Source of the DNA: Antechinus flavipes
Lineage: Eukaryota
Assembly (NCBI RefSeq): GCF_016432865.1
Contig: NC_067399.1
Coordinates: 2,852,001-2,916,000 of the forward strand
Direction: 5' to 3'
Length of the DNA stretch: 64,000 nt
Position numbers and translations under genes: made by a program
Notes under the pieces: model-generated
What the model was told of the DNA's origin: nothing
What the model saw: the letters and a program-made list of their open reading frames with translations, nothing else
The model's database searches: none
Shown: piece by piece, positions 37,430 to 49,600 of the stretch
Layout of the letters: every line of letters begins with the position of its first letter
Numbering within the stretch: the first letter of the stretch is position 1

Positions 37430-39720
37430 TTTAATCAAGTACCCACCACACGCCAGGCACCGTGTTTAATTCTGGGGATACAAAGGGGAAAAACATCTCT
37501 GCTCTCAAGGAGTTATGGAGACAAGCAACCTGAAAATAACTGGGCACAAAAAAGAAGTTGGAGAAATTGTGGATAGTCTCCAGGGAGAGGCACTTGCATT
37601 AAATATAGGTCTATAGATCTATCTCTATGTCTATGTCTATATCTACATATCTGTATCTATATCTTTCTTCCTATTTTTCTATCTATCTGGCATGAGGAAT
37701 AGTGAATGAAAAGCAGGGTCTGGGGACAGAATGTGTCTCCTGTGAGGACCAGAAGAGGCTGATATCATTGGATCAAAGAGCACAGGTAGGTGAAGAAGGG
37801 GTAAAACTGGAAGATTGAGGGGATATGTTATGAAAGGATCTGAATATCAAACAAAGCTCTTATGTATGTTCTTGAAGGTACTAGAGAGCTGCTAAAGGTT
37901 GTAGGAAGATGGATGGAGAGTAGATCACAGTGGAGAGAAACTTGAGCAGGCTGCCTCACCAATAGCTCCTGCAATAATCCAGAGGTTAGGTTAAAGGAAC
38001 TTGGAGCAGAACCATGGTCATATCGGAGGGAAGGGGCTTGTATATTAAAGAAAAGCTTCAAAGGCAAAATTGACAAGTCTGGGCAATAGGAGATGAGGGA
38101 CATACACAGAGACAGAGACAGACAGAGACAGAGACAGTGGCAAAGAGACAGATTNNNNNNNNNNNNNNNNNNNNNNNNNNNNNNNNNNNNNNNNNNNNNN
38201 NNNNNNNNNNNNNNNNNNNNNNNNNNNNNNNNNNNNNNNNNNNNNNNNNNNNNNNNNNNNNNNNNNNNNNNNNNNNNNNNNNNNNNNNNNNNNNNNNNNN
38301 NNNNNNNNNNNNNNNNNNNNNNNNNNNNNNNNNNNNNNNNNNNNNNNNNNNNNNNNNNNNNNNNTCAACAGAAATTGGGAGCCTGGAGAGTGAGAAAGAT
38401 GGGGATATCCTCACTAGTAATTGGGATGTTGGGAAAAGACTTAGGATTAGGGGAAAATATAACAGGATTAGTATTGGATATTTCAAGAATAAGATCTCTG
38501 AGGATATTAAGTTCAAGGGACAGAGGAAGCTCTGGAAGGGAAGAGGGGAGCCCTGGAAGCAGCAGCTGAGCCCTCTCCCATCCTTGCCCATGGCTGCCGA
38601 GCCACTGCCACTGCCCATTGGCAGGGAATGGGGGTGGTTTGGGGATCACTGAAGCTCTGAGCAGGCCCCTGTCAGTGCTGGACTGAGTTCTTTGCGGTCT
38701 TCAAATGGCCTTTGGGTCTCTGACGTATTCTGGAGGTAAAGACCATTCCCAGTGTTGGGCAGCAATAGTCAGCTGAGATGCCAAAGTGGAAATCAGCTGA
38801 GAAGTTTGCATCAGATGGGTTGGTTTGAGAACTATCACCATAGGGAGGATTTAATCCATGAGAATTTATGAGACCACCCAATGAGGCAATGTGGAGAGAG
38901 AAGAGAAGAGAAGAGGAGAGTTCTAGTCTTGAAGGATCCCTACAATCAGTAGGTGTAACCTGAAATAAAGTTTCAGCAAGGAGGCTGAGAAGGAGCCATC
39001 AGGTAGAGAGAGAGCCAGGGAAAATAGCATGCCAAAACCTAGAGAGGAGAGTATTTGGGAGAAAAGAGTGACCAGTGATGGAGAAAAGACCATTTGGTTT
39101 GGTGATTGATTACTCAACTTCAGACAGAGCAGCTTTAGTTGAATGGTGAGTACAGAGAGCTGAGAGTGAGAGGAAAAGAATAGGAACACTGATTGTAGAT
39201 GGTCTTTTCCTAAAAAAGGGAGAAGAGGTAGAGCACAGGGGCTAGCAGATGGATGGCTTAAGGGAGGACATGTTTTTCAAGTTGCAGATACCTGGGCATG
39301 TACCAGTAAATAGATAAGCAGTTGGTAATGGAGAGGTTGAGAACAAGCAAGAAAGGAGGGATGATGGAGACTTAGGAAAATGACTTTGGTGTCTGGCTGA
39401 GACCAGAGAGAGATGCAGCGAGGACTCTGGGGGAGGCAAGAGGGGATGAGAGCCTGAGCTAAGGTGTGGCCTTGTGAGAGAGGAGGACACAAGGAAGAGG
39501 CATTCTGGGAAAACTCTGCAGCTGACTGGGGCTGGGGCTGGGCAGGAGGGAAGAGTCAAGGGTAGCTCTGAGCTTGCAGACTTGGGCGTTGAGGGTTGCC
39601 TGCATTCTCCCCAGAAGTTTGGAAGAATGGTAGATTGTGCTGGGGGTGTGAATGTCTGGATATGTTGAACATGAGATGGCTGCAGCCCATCCAGTCAGGA
39701 TGCCCCAAAAGCACTGATGA
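37430..39720 (-). mobile_element. Long L2 LINE remnant interrupted by microsatellites, a gap and a 249-bp local copy
   Basis: Reverse L2 terminus (ccaggcaccgtgtttaattctggggata...ctcaaggag) and purine-rich L2 body motifs throughout. Confidence 0.7.
38155..38364. other. Assembly gap next to GACAGA-type repeat
   Basis: Seen directly. Confidence 1.
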
Positions 39721-41900
39721 GAAGGCAGTGTGTTGCAATCATCTGCATCTGCTTGCTATGAGGGAGCCCATGAGGGAGGGCTTGCCTAAGGGGGGCTGGG
39801 CTGGGCTGGTTAGGGTGGCAGCATTCTCCCTGCTTTCCTGGCCTGGGGACAAGTGGGGACAACAGCAGAGGCGTCCAAGGGAGCAGAAGTGTCCAGTGGA
39901 AGAGAAGGGACCGTTCTGGCCCATTCGCCTTGGACAAAGGTACAGAGTGTGGGCTCTGACTATAACGGACGGGCCCAGACCAGGGACAGAGGAAGCTCTG
40001 GAAGGGAAGAGGGGAGCCCTGGAAGCAGCAGCTGAGCCCACTCCCATCCTTGCCCATGGCTGCTGAGCCACTGCCACTGCCCATTGGCAGGGAATGGGGA
40101 TGGTTTGGGGATCACTGAAGCTCTGAGCAGGCCCCTGTTGGTGCTGGACTGAGGTCTTTGTGGTCTTCAAATGGCCTTTGGGTTTCTCTGACGTATTCTG
40201 GAGGTAAAGGCCATTCCCAGTGTTGAGCAGCACCCCTAAATGCCACCTGCATCAGCAGCCTCTGCCAGCCAGCATTAGTGCCCTCTACCTCCCTGGTGCC
40301 CGATACCAGCAACGGACCGTCCAGCATGGCCAGCTCACCCTAGTGCCCCCCACCTCCCAACCATGAGCAGGAGCAGCCTCCACTCAGGGCCAGGAAGGAA
40401 GGACTGAGCCAGAGCAGCCACAGGACTCTGGATCTGGGGCGGACGGCCCTTGCTCCCGGGCACTCGGCTCCAGGAAGCAACAGCGGGCTTCAGCAAGGAC
40501 CAAGGCAGGGACTCATTTCTCTAGAAGTCACTAATAAATAATCATTTTAAAAGTCCGATAAATGAAGGCAAGGCCCTGGAGGGAGGGACCGTTCATAACT
40601 CTATCCCCTCCTCCCTGACAGTACTGGCAAACAGCCTGGAAGTTGGCGGGTTCTCAGCCATCGGACCAAATTGGCTCCATTAGTCCACGGTCAGCCAAGA
40701 TACCTCCTCACTCCCTCCAAGGAGAATAATAAGTCAATAATCACTAAACATTAAGTGCCTGCCGTACATTTACTAAGTGCTGAGGGTACAAATACAGAAA
40801 AGAAAGATGGTCCCTGCTTGGCACCTAATGGGGGAGAAGGCTGAAATGGAGGGCATGGGAGCGGGTGGGATGGGGTTGGGGTGGAGAAGGGAGGTCCAAG
40901 CCTTGTGAGAAAGCACATGTGCATCAGCCGGACCAGAAATGGGGCGCCTGGGGGGATGTCTGCCCTGTCCCCTCCCCTTCCCCACGGGCTCCCGCCAAAT
41001 GGCGAGCTGCAGCTGTAGCACGGTCATTGTCGGTGGTACTGCACGATCGATCCCGATGGCGCCCACCATGGAACCTGGCCAGCTCTAAAGTGCTGCAATG
41101 AGACAAAGGCCTTAACAAGGGGGTACGATGGCAGATGCCGCCTTCCTGGGCCTTGAAGACTTGGAGAGGAGAGCCGGGGCGGGCATCGCTGCTGCTATTT
41201 GTTTCTCGGTTCTTAAAGCAACTTCCTTAATTGATTTTGTTGTATTCCTTGTTTTGCCCAAATCCCATTTTGCAAGGCTGAGCGCACCCCCTCCCCACTG
41301 CAGAGACTGCCTCTTCCTTGGTGAGATTTATGGGCTCTGTTTGCAAATTTTGCAAACATGGATTTTCTTCTAGTTCAACAAAAATACATTTCTCTGGTTT
41401 ACATACAAATAAAGCATCTATTCAAGAGCAGGCTTATTTATAACCCTAATGATTTATGGGCCCCACAATTTTCCTACTCAAGAGGCCTTCCATCCCATCC
41501 TTCCATTGGAAGGCCAGATGGTGGCCCCATCCCTCTTCCCCCCGTTTCCCATGGAGGCTGCAGCCCGGGACTCTGCTTTGTCAGCTCTGTGCTCTGGTGG
41601 ATGTAAGAACCAGTATCGAACTGCTTGCTGCCAGCCTGTATCGTTTGGAACTTAGAGTCTCTTAATGGACTTTTAGTTTTTATGCTCAAGTTTTTACCCA
41701 TAAGACGGTCTGAGGGACAATATCTGAGTTTCCCCCAAGATCAAAGCCATCCCCAAACATCCAACTGAATTAGGAGTTTGATGGTTCCCTGATCGAACAA
41801 TGGAAGGGGGTTGGATGTAGATTGTGATCATAATTTAGAGACATCTTGATGATCTATGAGGTCACACACTGCCCTGCCCAGATTATTACCTATGTAATAG

Positions 41901-42385
41901 TGATGCGGGAAAGCTTCCTTTCTAGATTCCCACCCTCTCCTACTTAATAATGTAAATTGCCCTTTAACTCAAAAATCCTGGTCCTTTTGAATTCCAATAG
42001 AAGATCTGACCTGTTCCCAGCCCCACCCGGATATGAGCCAACTTTGGGGCTACACCCGAAAGCCCCTCGAGCTAAGTCTCCTATTATAAAAAGGCCATGC
42101 TGGGAACCCCTCTTTGCAGAGATTCCAAACATGGCTACCATGTGAGGACCCTCTGTCCACTGGACCCTCTGTCCAGTGCCCTCCTTATCTCTACCTTCGC
42201 CTATACTTTAACTTTGCTTATCTAATAATAAACCTCTTTTATCAATCTAGCTCTCTGGGCCAATAAATGCTTTTATTGGGAACTCGCGCCGCTACTAGAC
42301 CACCTTGCGCCGAATCTGTACCCCAAACCTGCCACTAGACCTTAACCCTAATTTCATTTAGGTACCCCAAAGCTAGACCTCAACA
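41901..42385 (+). repeat. 5' LTR
   Basis: TGATGCGG...CTCAACA; TATAAAAA 42085-42092; AATAAA 42227-42232 and 42262-42267; 14-bp direct repeat GGACCCTCTGTCCA x2. Confidence 0.97.
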
Positions 42386-42387
42386 TT

Positions 42388-42405
42388 TGGTTCCCTGACC
42401 GGGAA
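42388..42405 (+). other. Primer-binding site complementary to tRNA-Glu 3' end
   Basis: TGGTTCCCTGACCGGGAA, 2 nt after the LTR; complement of tRNA-Glu ...UUCCCGGUCAGGGAACCA. Confidence 0.9.
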
Positions 42406-45400
42406 CCAACACCGGAAGCTAGATAATTTGGCGATCAAACTGGATCAACCTTTTCGGGGCACTCGGAACCAATCTGGGTTTTGAGCTGTTCAGGCAGTAT
42501 TCTTCCGGGAAGAATCTGCGTTCTTTCTTTGGTCTCACTCTATCTCTAAACGTAGTGGGGAGAATATCTGTGTTCTGTCTCACCCTACTTCCATTTCAGG
42601 TGAAAAGGCTTCTTTGATCTAGACACTCCCCTGCCTCTAAAGTCTTTTCCTGGAGCAGATGCTTTGCTTGAAGAAACTCCCTTTGACTAAATCCTTTGGA
42701 GAGAGAAAGGCCCTTCCTTTGCATCTCAATGCATTTCTAATCTTTTTTTTTTTTTCCGTCACCAGATAGTCCTGCTCTCCAGCAGGAACTGTTGAGACAC
42801 GAGAGGAAGTGTCTCTTTAACACCACCCCAGACCAAAGAGTGGTCATGTGGCTGTTCTGGGGACCCCACCCCTCTCGGGGGTCCCAGGCCAGCGCTCTCT
42901 TTGCTCTGTTCTGGGGAGATAGCCGGAGAAACATAAGAGGAGCTGTGTTTGAGCCCTTCTCCCACGCCACTGTTAAATGCAATGGAGTCTCTAATGGTCA
43001 GGCTGTAGCCACGAGGAGAAAGGTCACTGAATTGGGGTGAGTTTAGAGAATGTCTCTGCCCACGGCAGCTACTCCCTGGACAGGGGTAAGCGGTCTTCCC
43101 TTCAGGTTTTGCTCTCCCAGCAAGATTTGGGGGCTTAGATGAGCTGCCCCGCCTTCAAGTTCCAGCGTGGAATCGCCAGAGGAGCCCTCGCCATTCAAGA
43201 CGCACTGCGCTGGGTAAGATGGCATCTCTTCCTCCCCCACCCTCGTTCTGGCCTTTCCTCCCCCTTCTTCCATGGAGTGGGGAGTGTAGAATTCGAGGCC
43301 TGGTTCGGACCTCTCCCATGTGGCCTGGCAACCTGCAGTTTAAATGCTCCTATCCTGTCCCCTTCTTGGGGTTACTGTACAGTGGGGAGATTGGGGACTC
43401 AATCTTAATCTTCTCAAATCTCCGGAAAGGTTGTCACCAACTTTTAAAATAGAAATTTGCTAGCAATTTGGACAAGTGGGCCGTGCCCCTTCCAGACCTC
43501 TACCTGGCTCTTAAAGCCGCAGCTTGTAGCCCTCAGGACGTGTGCTCGTCCTATACATTTAAACGGGACTCAGTTTCCCTGATTTGGTCATCCTGTGTCT
43601 GTAGAAGCCTCAGAATTACGCTTTCGCATGCTCACAAGGCTGTCTACAAAGACGGGATTTTAAACTGCTCTCGGTTTTTTTTTCTTAGCCTCAGGGCAAT
43701 ACTTAAAACTTTCTTAGCTGCTTGTGGAGAGATAACCTAGGTAATGCAGGCTAGGTCTGTCTGTCTCACACTTTCCTACCTAACCCTACAGGTGGGAACT
43801 CTTGCTACTAATTTTCTTAGTCCTAAAACCTTTTGCTCTTAGTACACTCGGTTCTGGTTCTATTCTTTTCTGGATTGGCATTCTATGTCCCTGCCAACAA
43901 AGGGTTTTTTCCTGGGCTCCAACCCTGGCCAGGTTGCAGCTTCAAGAAAGACCTTTGGAATGATGGCTGGGGAATAAAATTTTAGGTCAAGGCAAATTAA
44001 ATTCTTTGAGAAGTTACTGAGGGACTAAGATGGGATAGTTAACCTTCCTACTTAGATGGTGTGTTTTCTAGAGGTATTGGGTAATTTGTAACTGAGTTAT
44101 GCCTTAAAATTTGTCATCTCTGTTGGGAATTATAAGTTATATGAAGTTTGGTTCAATTACTTGTGAACTTCAAGATCTGTGTAATGTTAAATTTAAAACT
44201 GTCTACTTAGATAAGAAAGATAGCTGTAGAAGCTGTAAACCCTTTACTGTGATTCTTGAACTAGTCCATCCTTTATGTAGAAGATAAAATCCTTTGGGAC
44301 TGCAGCTAATATTTGCTGGGAGTTTTGAGTTCAGGTGTGATTGCATAGACCAGAAGTAAAACTGCCTTAAGTAGCTATTGTAATTTGTGGCCACACTATG
44401 GTTGCTGCTAAGCTTTTTTTACTTCCTGGGGCTAGAGTTTCTTTAAGGTTTACTTCGCCCAGGTACTTGGGGCCACTCCCACCTTGCCTTTTGAGAAATC
44501 TGGGAATCTCATGGCCCTGATTAGGCTTGGGCCTATAGCCTTTTACACTGTATGTTGATGGAAAGCAGGGCTAGGCCCCTGACTTGATGCTCAAGGAGCC
44601 CAAGGCTATAGAATATGCAGACTGTCTAGTGTTAAGAGAGGAGCTATTGAAAGGAGAACACACCCACTCCTACCACATCTCTCCTTTGCTACCTTGCCCT
44701 CAATGTTGGTGGCCCTCTTAGGAGGTTTCCACTGAGGCAAACCCACCATGTCAAGCTTCTATAACGGGGGCGGCTCAAATGCCCGGGCTAATTTGAGCTC
44801 GCGGGGAGACTCTTGGCAGTCTTGGGGGGATTTGTCGCTCATAGGACGCTGTGAGGTCGAAATCCTGTTTTTTTTTTGGCAAACGGTCCTCTGGGAGGGC
44901 CCTTTGTGACACCTTCTAGAGACGTCTAGGAAGGTTACGTTATAGAATGCGAAAGTTTTCGGGTTTTGCCATGAATTAGCTTTCTTAATTCTGGACAAGG
45001 TAAAAGACTTTTTCTCCTTCCTTATCTTGCAGTGGACACCCAAAGCCCTCCGGTCGGGCTTGGGTCGTCGTTGGGAGCTCTAAGCTCTGGCACAATTCTT
45101 TTAAGAATTGCTGCGGATTGACAAAAGGCCTTCTTTTGTCGGCTCTATCTCTAAGAGATACGAGGGAGGCTGCAAGGATTTGGAAGAATAAAAGTTTTTT
45201 ACCTGTCCACACCCCATCCCTATGGAGATTTTAAGCTTTCTCTTAATGCAGAGACAAACACTGGGCTTGAGAAAAATGCCTCATTCTCAACACCTGAACT
45301 CTGAATAGATTAGCTGAATTCCCAATCTCTCTGGACAAGTCCATCCTTTAGCTTTTTTTCTTTCTAACCCTGGGACTGATTAACACTTATGCCCTCAGGC

Positions 45401-46685
45401 AAAAACGGTGAGCCAAAACACACCCAGCACTCTTGTCTCTTTTAAAGCTGAAAGACTCAGCCTAGTGAAACCTAGGACCCACCCACCACCTCAACTTTTT
45501 CGGGGTCCAAACCTCAATGTTTCTTGCACTCTGCTGCTAACAGCTGTTGGTTTCCCTTTAACTCTAACCTGAGACACTGAGCTCTTTTCTTCTCAGAGCA
45601 ACTTCTGCCTCCTGTAAAAACATTTGGAGCTTCTTAATACAAATCTCTCCCAGACTTAGGCCTGTAGGTGCCCTGGGAACTGTCCGAGGAGACCCTAGTC
45701 TCTGTCCTGAGTTCGAGCAGGAGGAACAACGGAGAAACTGTGTCACACCACAGGGGCTGAATTGGCCCCCGGTCCTGCTCCCCGGTAGGGAATTGGGGTC
45801 TGGCCCTGTTTCCCTTTTTATCCCAGGACAGTCCCAACACCTCAGGGGCCGGTAAGCTGGGTCGGCAGTGCTGAGATACTTTGTACTCCCTCTGACCCCT
45901 TCCACCCCTCCCCCATAAGAGTGGGGAAAGTGGGGGGAAGGCTTAGGATCTTTGCTTATTGAGGAACCAACTCTTTTTAAAGAAAGGCAGCACAGTTAAA
46001 ATATTTCTAAGAGCTTAAATTGCATTCTTATCTTAATTAGACATATAGTCCTCCAGTTTTCTCCTGACTTCTTAAGTCTACACCCTGGACCAACACCGGG
46101 AGAAATTAGCTTTCCTGGAAATTAAGAGTGAAAGGGCTAAATTCGAGGCTACTTAACACTTTTTACTATAGACAAATAATCTTTTGCTCCCAGCATTTTC
46201 TCCTATTTCTCCTTGTTAGATGGGCCATCAGCATTTTACAGGCAGCCCACAGGAGGGATCTGATGCATCTCCTGCTGTCTCCATCTCCACCGTGGATGAC
46301 ACCCGGTTTTAACCTGCTCCGGAGATCTGGGCTTCAACCTTTGGACTCTTCAAAGGCCCTTCAGCCTGGAGAACATGGGACAACTGACTGGGAATGACTG
46401 ACCGGGACACACACCCCTTAGATGCACACCTGTCATCCCCAAACCCCACACCTCATGCCTCACCTCCTGGCATGAACCCCCAAATCTCTACGACCCTTGC
46501 CAGCTCGAAGCAGTTAAGAGGAGATCGGCGCCCCTTTTCCCACATGCCTTTGGAGGTGACTGCTTGAGGGGGGATGAAGAGGGGACCCCAAACTTGGAAA
46601 ATCCTGGAAGGAGAAAATCTTCAATTCTGTCTCAAGAGACTTTGCCCTATTTCTTTTTCCTTAAATGAATTTAAGTTCCAACTGC

Positions 46686-46697
46686 TTGAGGGGGGAA
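46686..46697 (+). other. Polypurine tract
   Basis: (TT)GAGGGGGGAA immediately before the 3' LTR TG. Confidence 0.9.
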
Positions 46698-47182
46698 TGA
46701 TGCGGGAAAGCTTCCTTTCTAGATTCCCACCCTCTCCTACTTAATAATGTAAATTGCCCTTTAACTCAAAAATCCTGGTCCTTTTGAATTCCAATAGAAG
46801 ATCTGACCTGTTCCCAGCCCCACCCGGATATGAGCCAACTTTGGGGCTACACCCGAAAGCCCCTCGAGCTAAGTCTCCTATTATAAAAAGGCCATGCTGG
46901 GAACCCCTCTTTGCAGAGATTCCAAACATGGCTACCATGTGAGGACCCTCTGTCCACTGGACCCTCTGTCCAGTGCCCTCCTTATCTCTACCTTCGCCTA
47001 TACTTTAACTTTGCTTATCTAATAATAAACCTCTTTTATCAATCTAGCTCTCTGGGCCAATAAATGCTTTTATTGGGAACTCGCGCCGCTACTAGACCAC
47101 CTTGCGCCGAATCTGTACCCCAAACCTGCCACTAGACCTTAACCCTAATTTCATTTAGGTACCCCAAAGCTAGACCTCAACA
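46698..47182 (+). repeat. 3' LTR
   Basis: Same sequence as the 5' LTR by eye; offset 4797. Confidence 0.97.
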
Positions 47183-47259
47183 ATAGTACCTATTACCTCT
47201 GCTCCAGACAAGACAGAGCTCAACGTGTTTGGTAACAGCAGTGGGGATTATTCCCCATC

Positions 47260-47262
47260 ACA

Positions 47263-47321
<59 letters not shown>

Positions 47322-47530
47322 GCCACAGCCCTGGGTGTTTCCCCTGGGACTCTCCCACAGGTACCTCCCAACAAGAGCTCTCTGGACTTTATCCTCCATC
47401 TTCCATGCATCCTTCTTTCTCTCTCTCTCTTCTCTCTCTCTTTCTCCCCCTCCCTTCCTATTTCTCCTCCTATCTTTTCTTTCCTTTCTCCCTTCTCCCC
47501 ATCTCTGCTCCCTCTCTCTTTCCCCATCTG
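47260..47530. repeat. (CA)n followed by CT-rich low complexity
   Basis: Seen directly. Confidence 0.9.
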
Positions 47531-47988
47531 CTTTCACCAATACTCAGGCTTGTCCATCACTCCCAAAGCAAGCTTCCAACCCCGTGGTGTCGGAGCCTGA
47601 CCAGGGAGGCCAGAGGTAGGGTTCAGAGGTGGGGTTTCGGGGGCATGGGACGCAGCCATTGGCGAGTAAATGCTGTGAATTGGTGAGGGATGGAGAGAGC
47701 GCTAACCTGAAGTCCGAAGATCTAAACTGAAGATTCCCCCTCTTGCACTTACTACCAGGACAAGCCCAGGAAGGACTCGTGACTCCATTCACCAAGCCCG
47801 CTGCCAGCCATCTGGCCACTCAAGCCCGGCTCTGGCCTGGCTGAAGGCTTGGAGAGGGGAGCCCCGGTCTTAATTTGGCTGCTACTGGTTCCCTGCATGA
47901 CATGGACACTAGTATGTGTGGATTTACCTAGACAGAGATCTAGATGTCCCTCTACACAGAGATGTGTGTCTATACAGAGATGTGTGTC

Positions 47989-47989
<1 letters not shown>

Positions 47990-48026
<37 letters not shown>

Positions 48027-48200
48027 CAGACGGGTATAAGGAGAGAGTACAAATGATAGATAGAGATAGATGGTAGAAAGGTGATATATGATAAAGAAAT
48101 AGATGGATAGAGTTGGGGAGGCTGGATAGGTAGATGACAGAGGTAGAGGAGTGACAGAGAGAAAGAGGGAGGACAGAAAGATAGACGAATGGATGGATGG
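47990..48200. repeat. (CA)n(TA)n and GATA/GGAT-like low complexity
   Basis: Seen directly. Confidence 0.8.
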
Positions 48201-49600
48201 AGGTAGAAAGTGCTTTTGCAAGGCCCCGTGTGTAAGGCCCTGAAAGAGATGAGCTCCTTTTAGCCTCCTGGGCTTGTTTGTCCTGCTTTCCTCAGGAGGA
48301 CCAATGGCATCAGCAGAGGGATTTCTAGACTGGCAAGTGAGGCAGGGTTGGGCAGCCACCGGTCTCACTTCCTCCTCCAGGGCAAGACTTGGGTCTTTTA
48401 CGAAAGCTTAGGAACAATGTGGAGACCTGAGGTCCAGCACAGTTCCTTCTTCTGCAGCTTCAGGGAGCTTATTTTAGATGAAACGTGCAGGTGACTCTGG
48501 GCCCTCAGGAAAAGTTCTGCATTTAGGCAATCATGCTGATCTGGAGCCGGAGAAAGGAAGGCAGGGACCTTGCCCAGCCCCCCTCACACTAACCCGATTC
48601 AGTGGCAGGTCATGGAATCCCCTCCCTGAGGTCATGGTCTTCTTCCAGGACAAACAACCTTTGCTGGGCTGTCTGATTGCCTTTACATTCGCATTTATCA
48701 CGAGTTAACCCCTGGCCTCTTTGGGTGAGCCAAAAGGAAATCTTACTGGAAACCTTTGGGTTATTCAATGATGGATTACATTACAGTGTCTGGAGAGAGG
48801 GGTAGAGGAGCCGGGGTTGGAAAGGAGCCAATCTCTTCTTGGAAGGAGCCTCCATCCTTGCATAGGGAGGTGATCTGGAGCCTTCTTCTTCAGGGAGACT
48901 GAGGACCTTCCTCAGTGCCCCTTCCATTAATCTCTCCAGCGGTCCTGATCTGGAGCCAGATGGCCCCGGAGGAGAGAATGAGGCAGGTGACCTTGCCCAG
49001 CCCTCCCTCACCCAAACCCAGTTCACATCTCCTCCCTATTGCCACGGTCTTCTTCTCGATGTGGCTGCCTTCCCATAATCAGTCCACCTCCGCCTCCCAG
49101 CAGCCCCCTGTGCTCGATCAGTGCCTCCTGGAACTTCCTTTGGGGGGAAAGTGTCCGATTCAGGCCAGCTCCCTCCCTTATGCCGCTCTGGATTCTTGCT
49201 CCTCCAGCTCCCCAATGCTCCTTCACCGGTACTGCCACCCTGATTTCCTGCTCCCTGTTAGCTGCCCCCTTTGGAAGGGAAGCCCCGTGAGCACAGGGAC
49301 CGCCGAGTGCATGTTTTGTATTCACAGAGCTTGGGTGCAGCACTTAGTAAGGATGGAATAAAAGCTTCTGAACCTAATTTTTCTTTTCCAGCGGCCCCAG
49401 GAGTTGGGGATCCTCCTTCAGCCCCTCTCTTTTCCCTCAGGATCCCCTGGTAGTTCCGAGATGACTCTTTCCTCTTCTAAAAACTCCTTAGGGAGGGACC
49501 AAGTTCTCTCACTCAAAGGATTTCACTGATTTGAGGAGGATTTGTACAGATCCCATCGTGATTGATTTACTCAGGGACCAGGTGCCCTTTAAGGGTCAGC

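Larger units (their letters stand above)
41901..47182 (+). mobile_element. ERV1-like non-coding provirus (LTR-internal-LTR)
   Basis: Two 485-bp TG...CA LTRs; 4-bp TSD ATAG (41897-41900, 47183-47186); tRNA-Glu PBS; PPT; no gag/pol/env recognised. Confidence 0.95.

Noticed and set aside
41782-41795. PBS-like motif TGGTTCCCTGATCG about 120 bp upstream of the 5' LTR
   Set aside because: No LTR end (CA) precedes it and the match is only 13 of 14 nt; most likely chance
42770-45905. Short ORFs in the provirus interior as gag/env remnants
   Set aside because: No MHR, CCHC, protease, RT, integrase or env ISD/CX6CC motif recognised in any frame I read
41944-46942. Identical 62-65 aa ORF pairs at 41944/41957 and 46741/46754
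   Set aside because: They are translations of the two LTR copies, not genes
48537-49025. Diverged short duplication (ctgatctggagcc...gaccttgcccagccc..cctcac) at ~48537 and ~48945
   Set aside because: Only ~60-80 bp with gaps; real similarity, but too short and diverged to interpret
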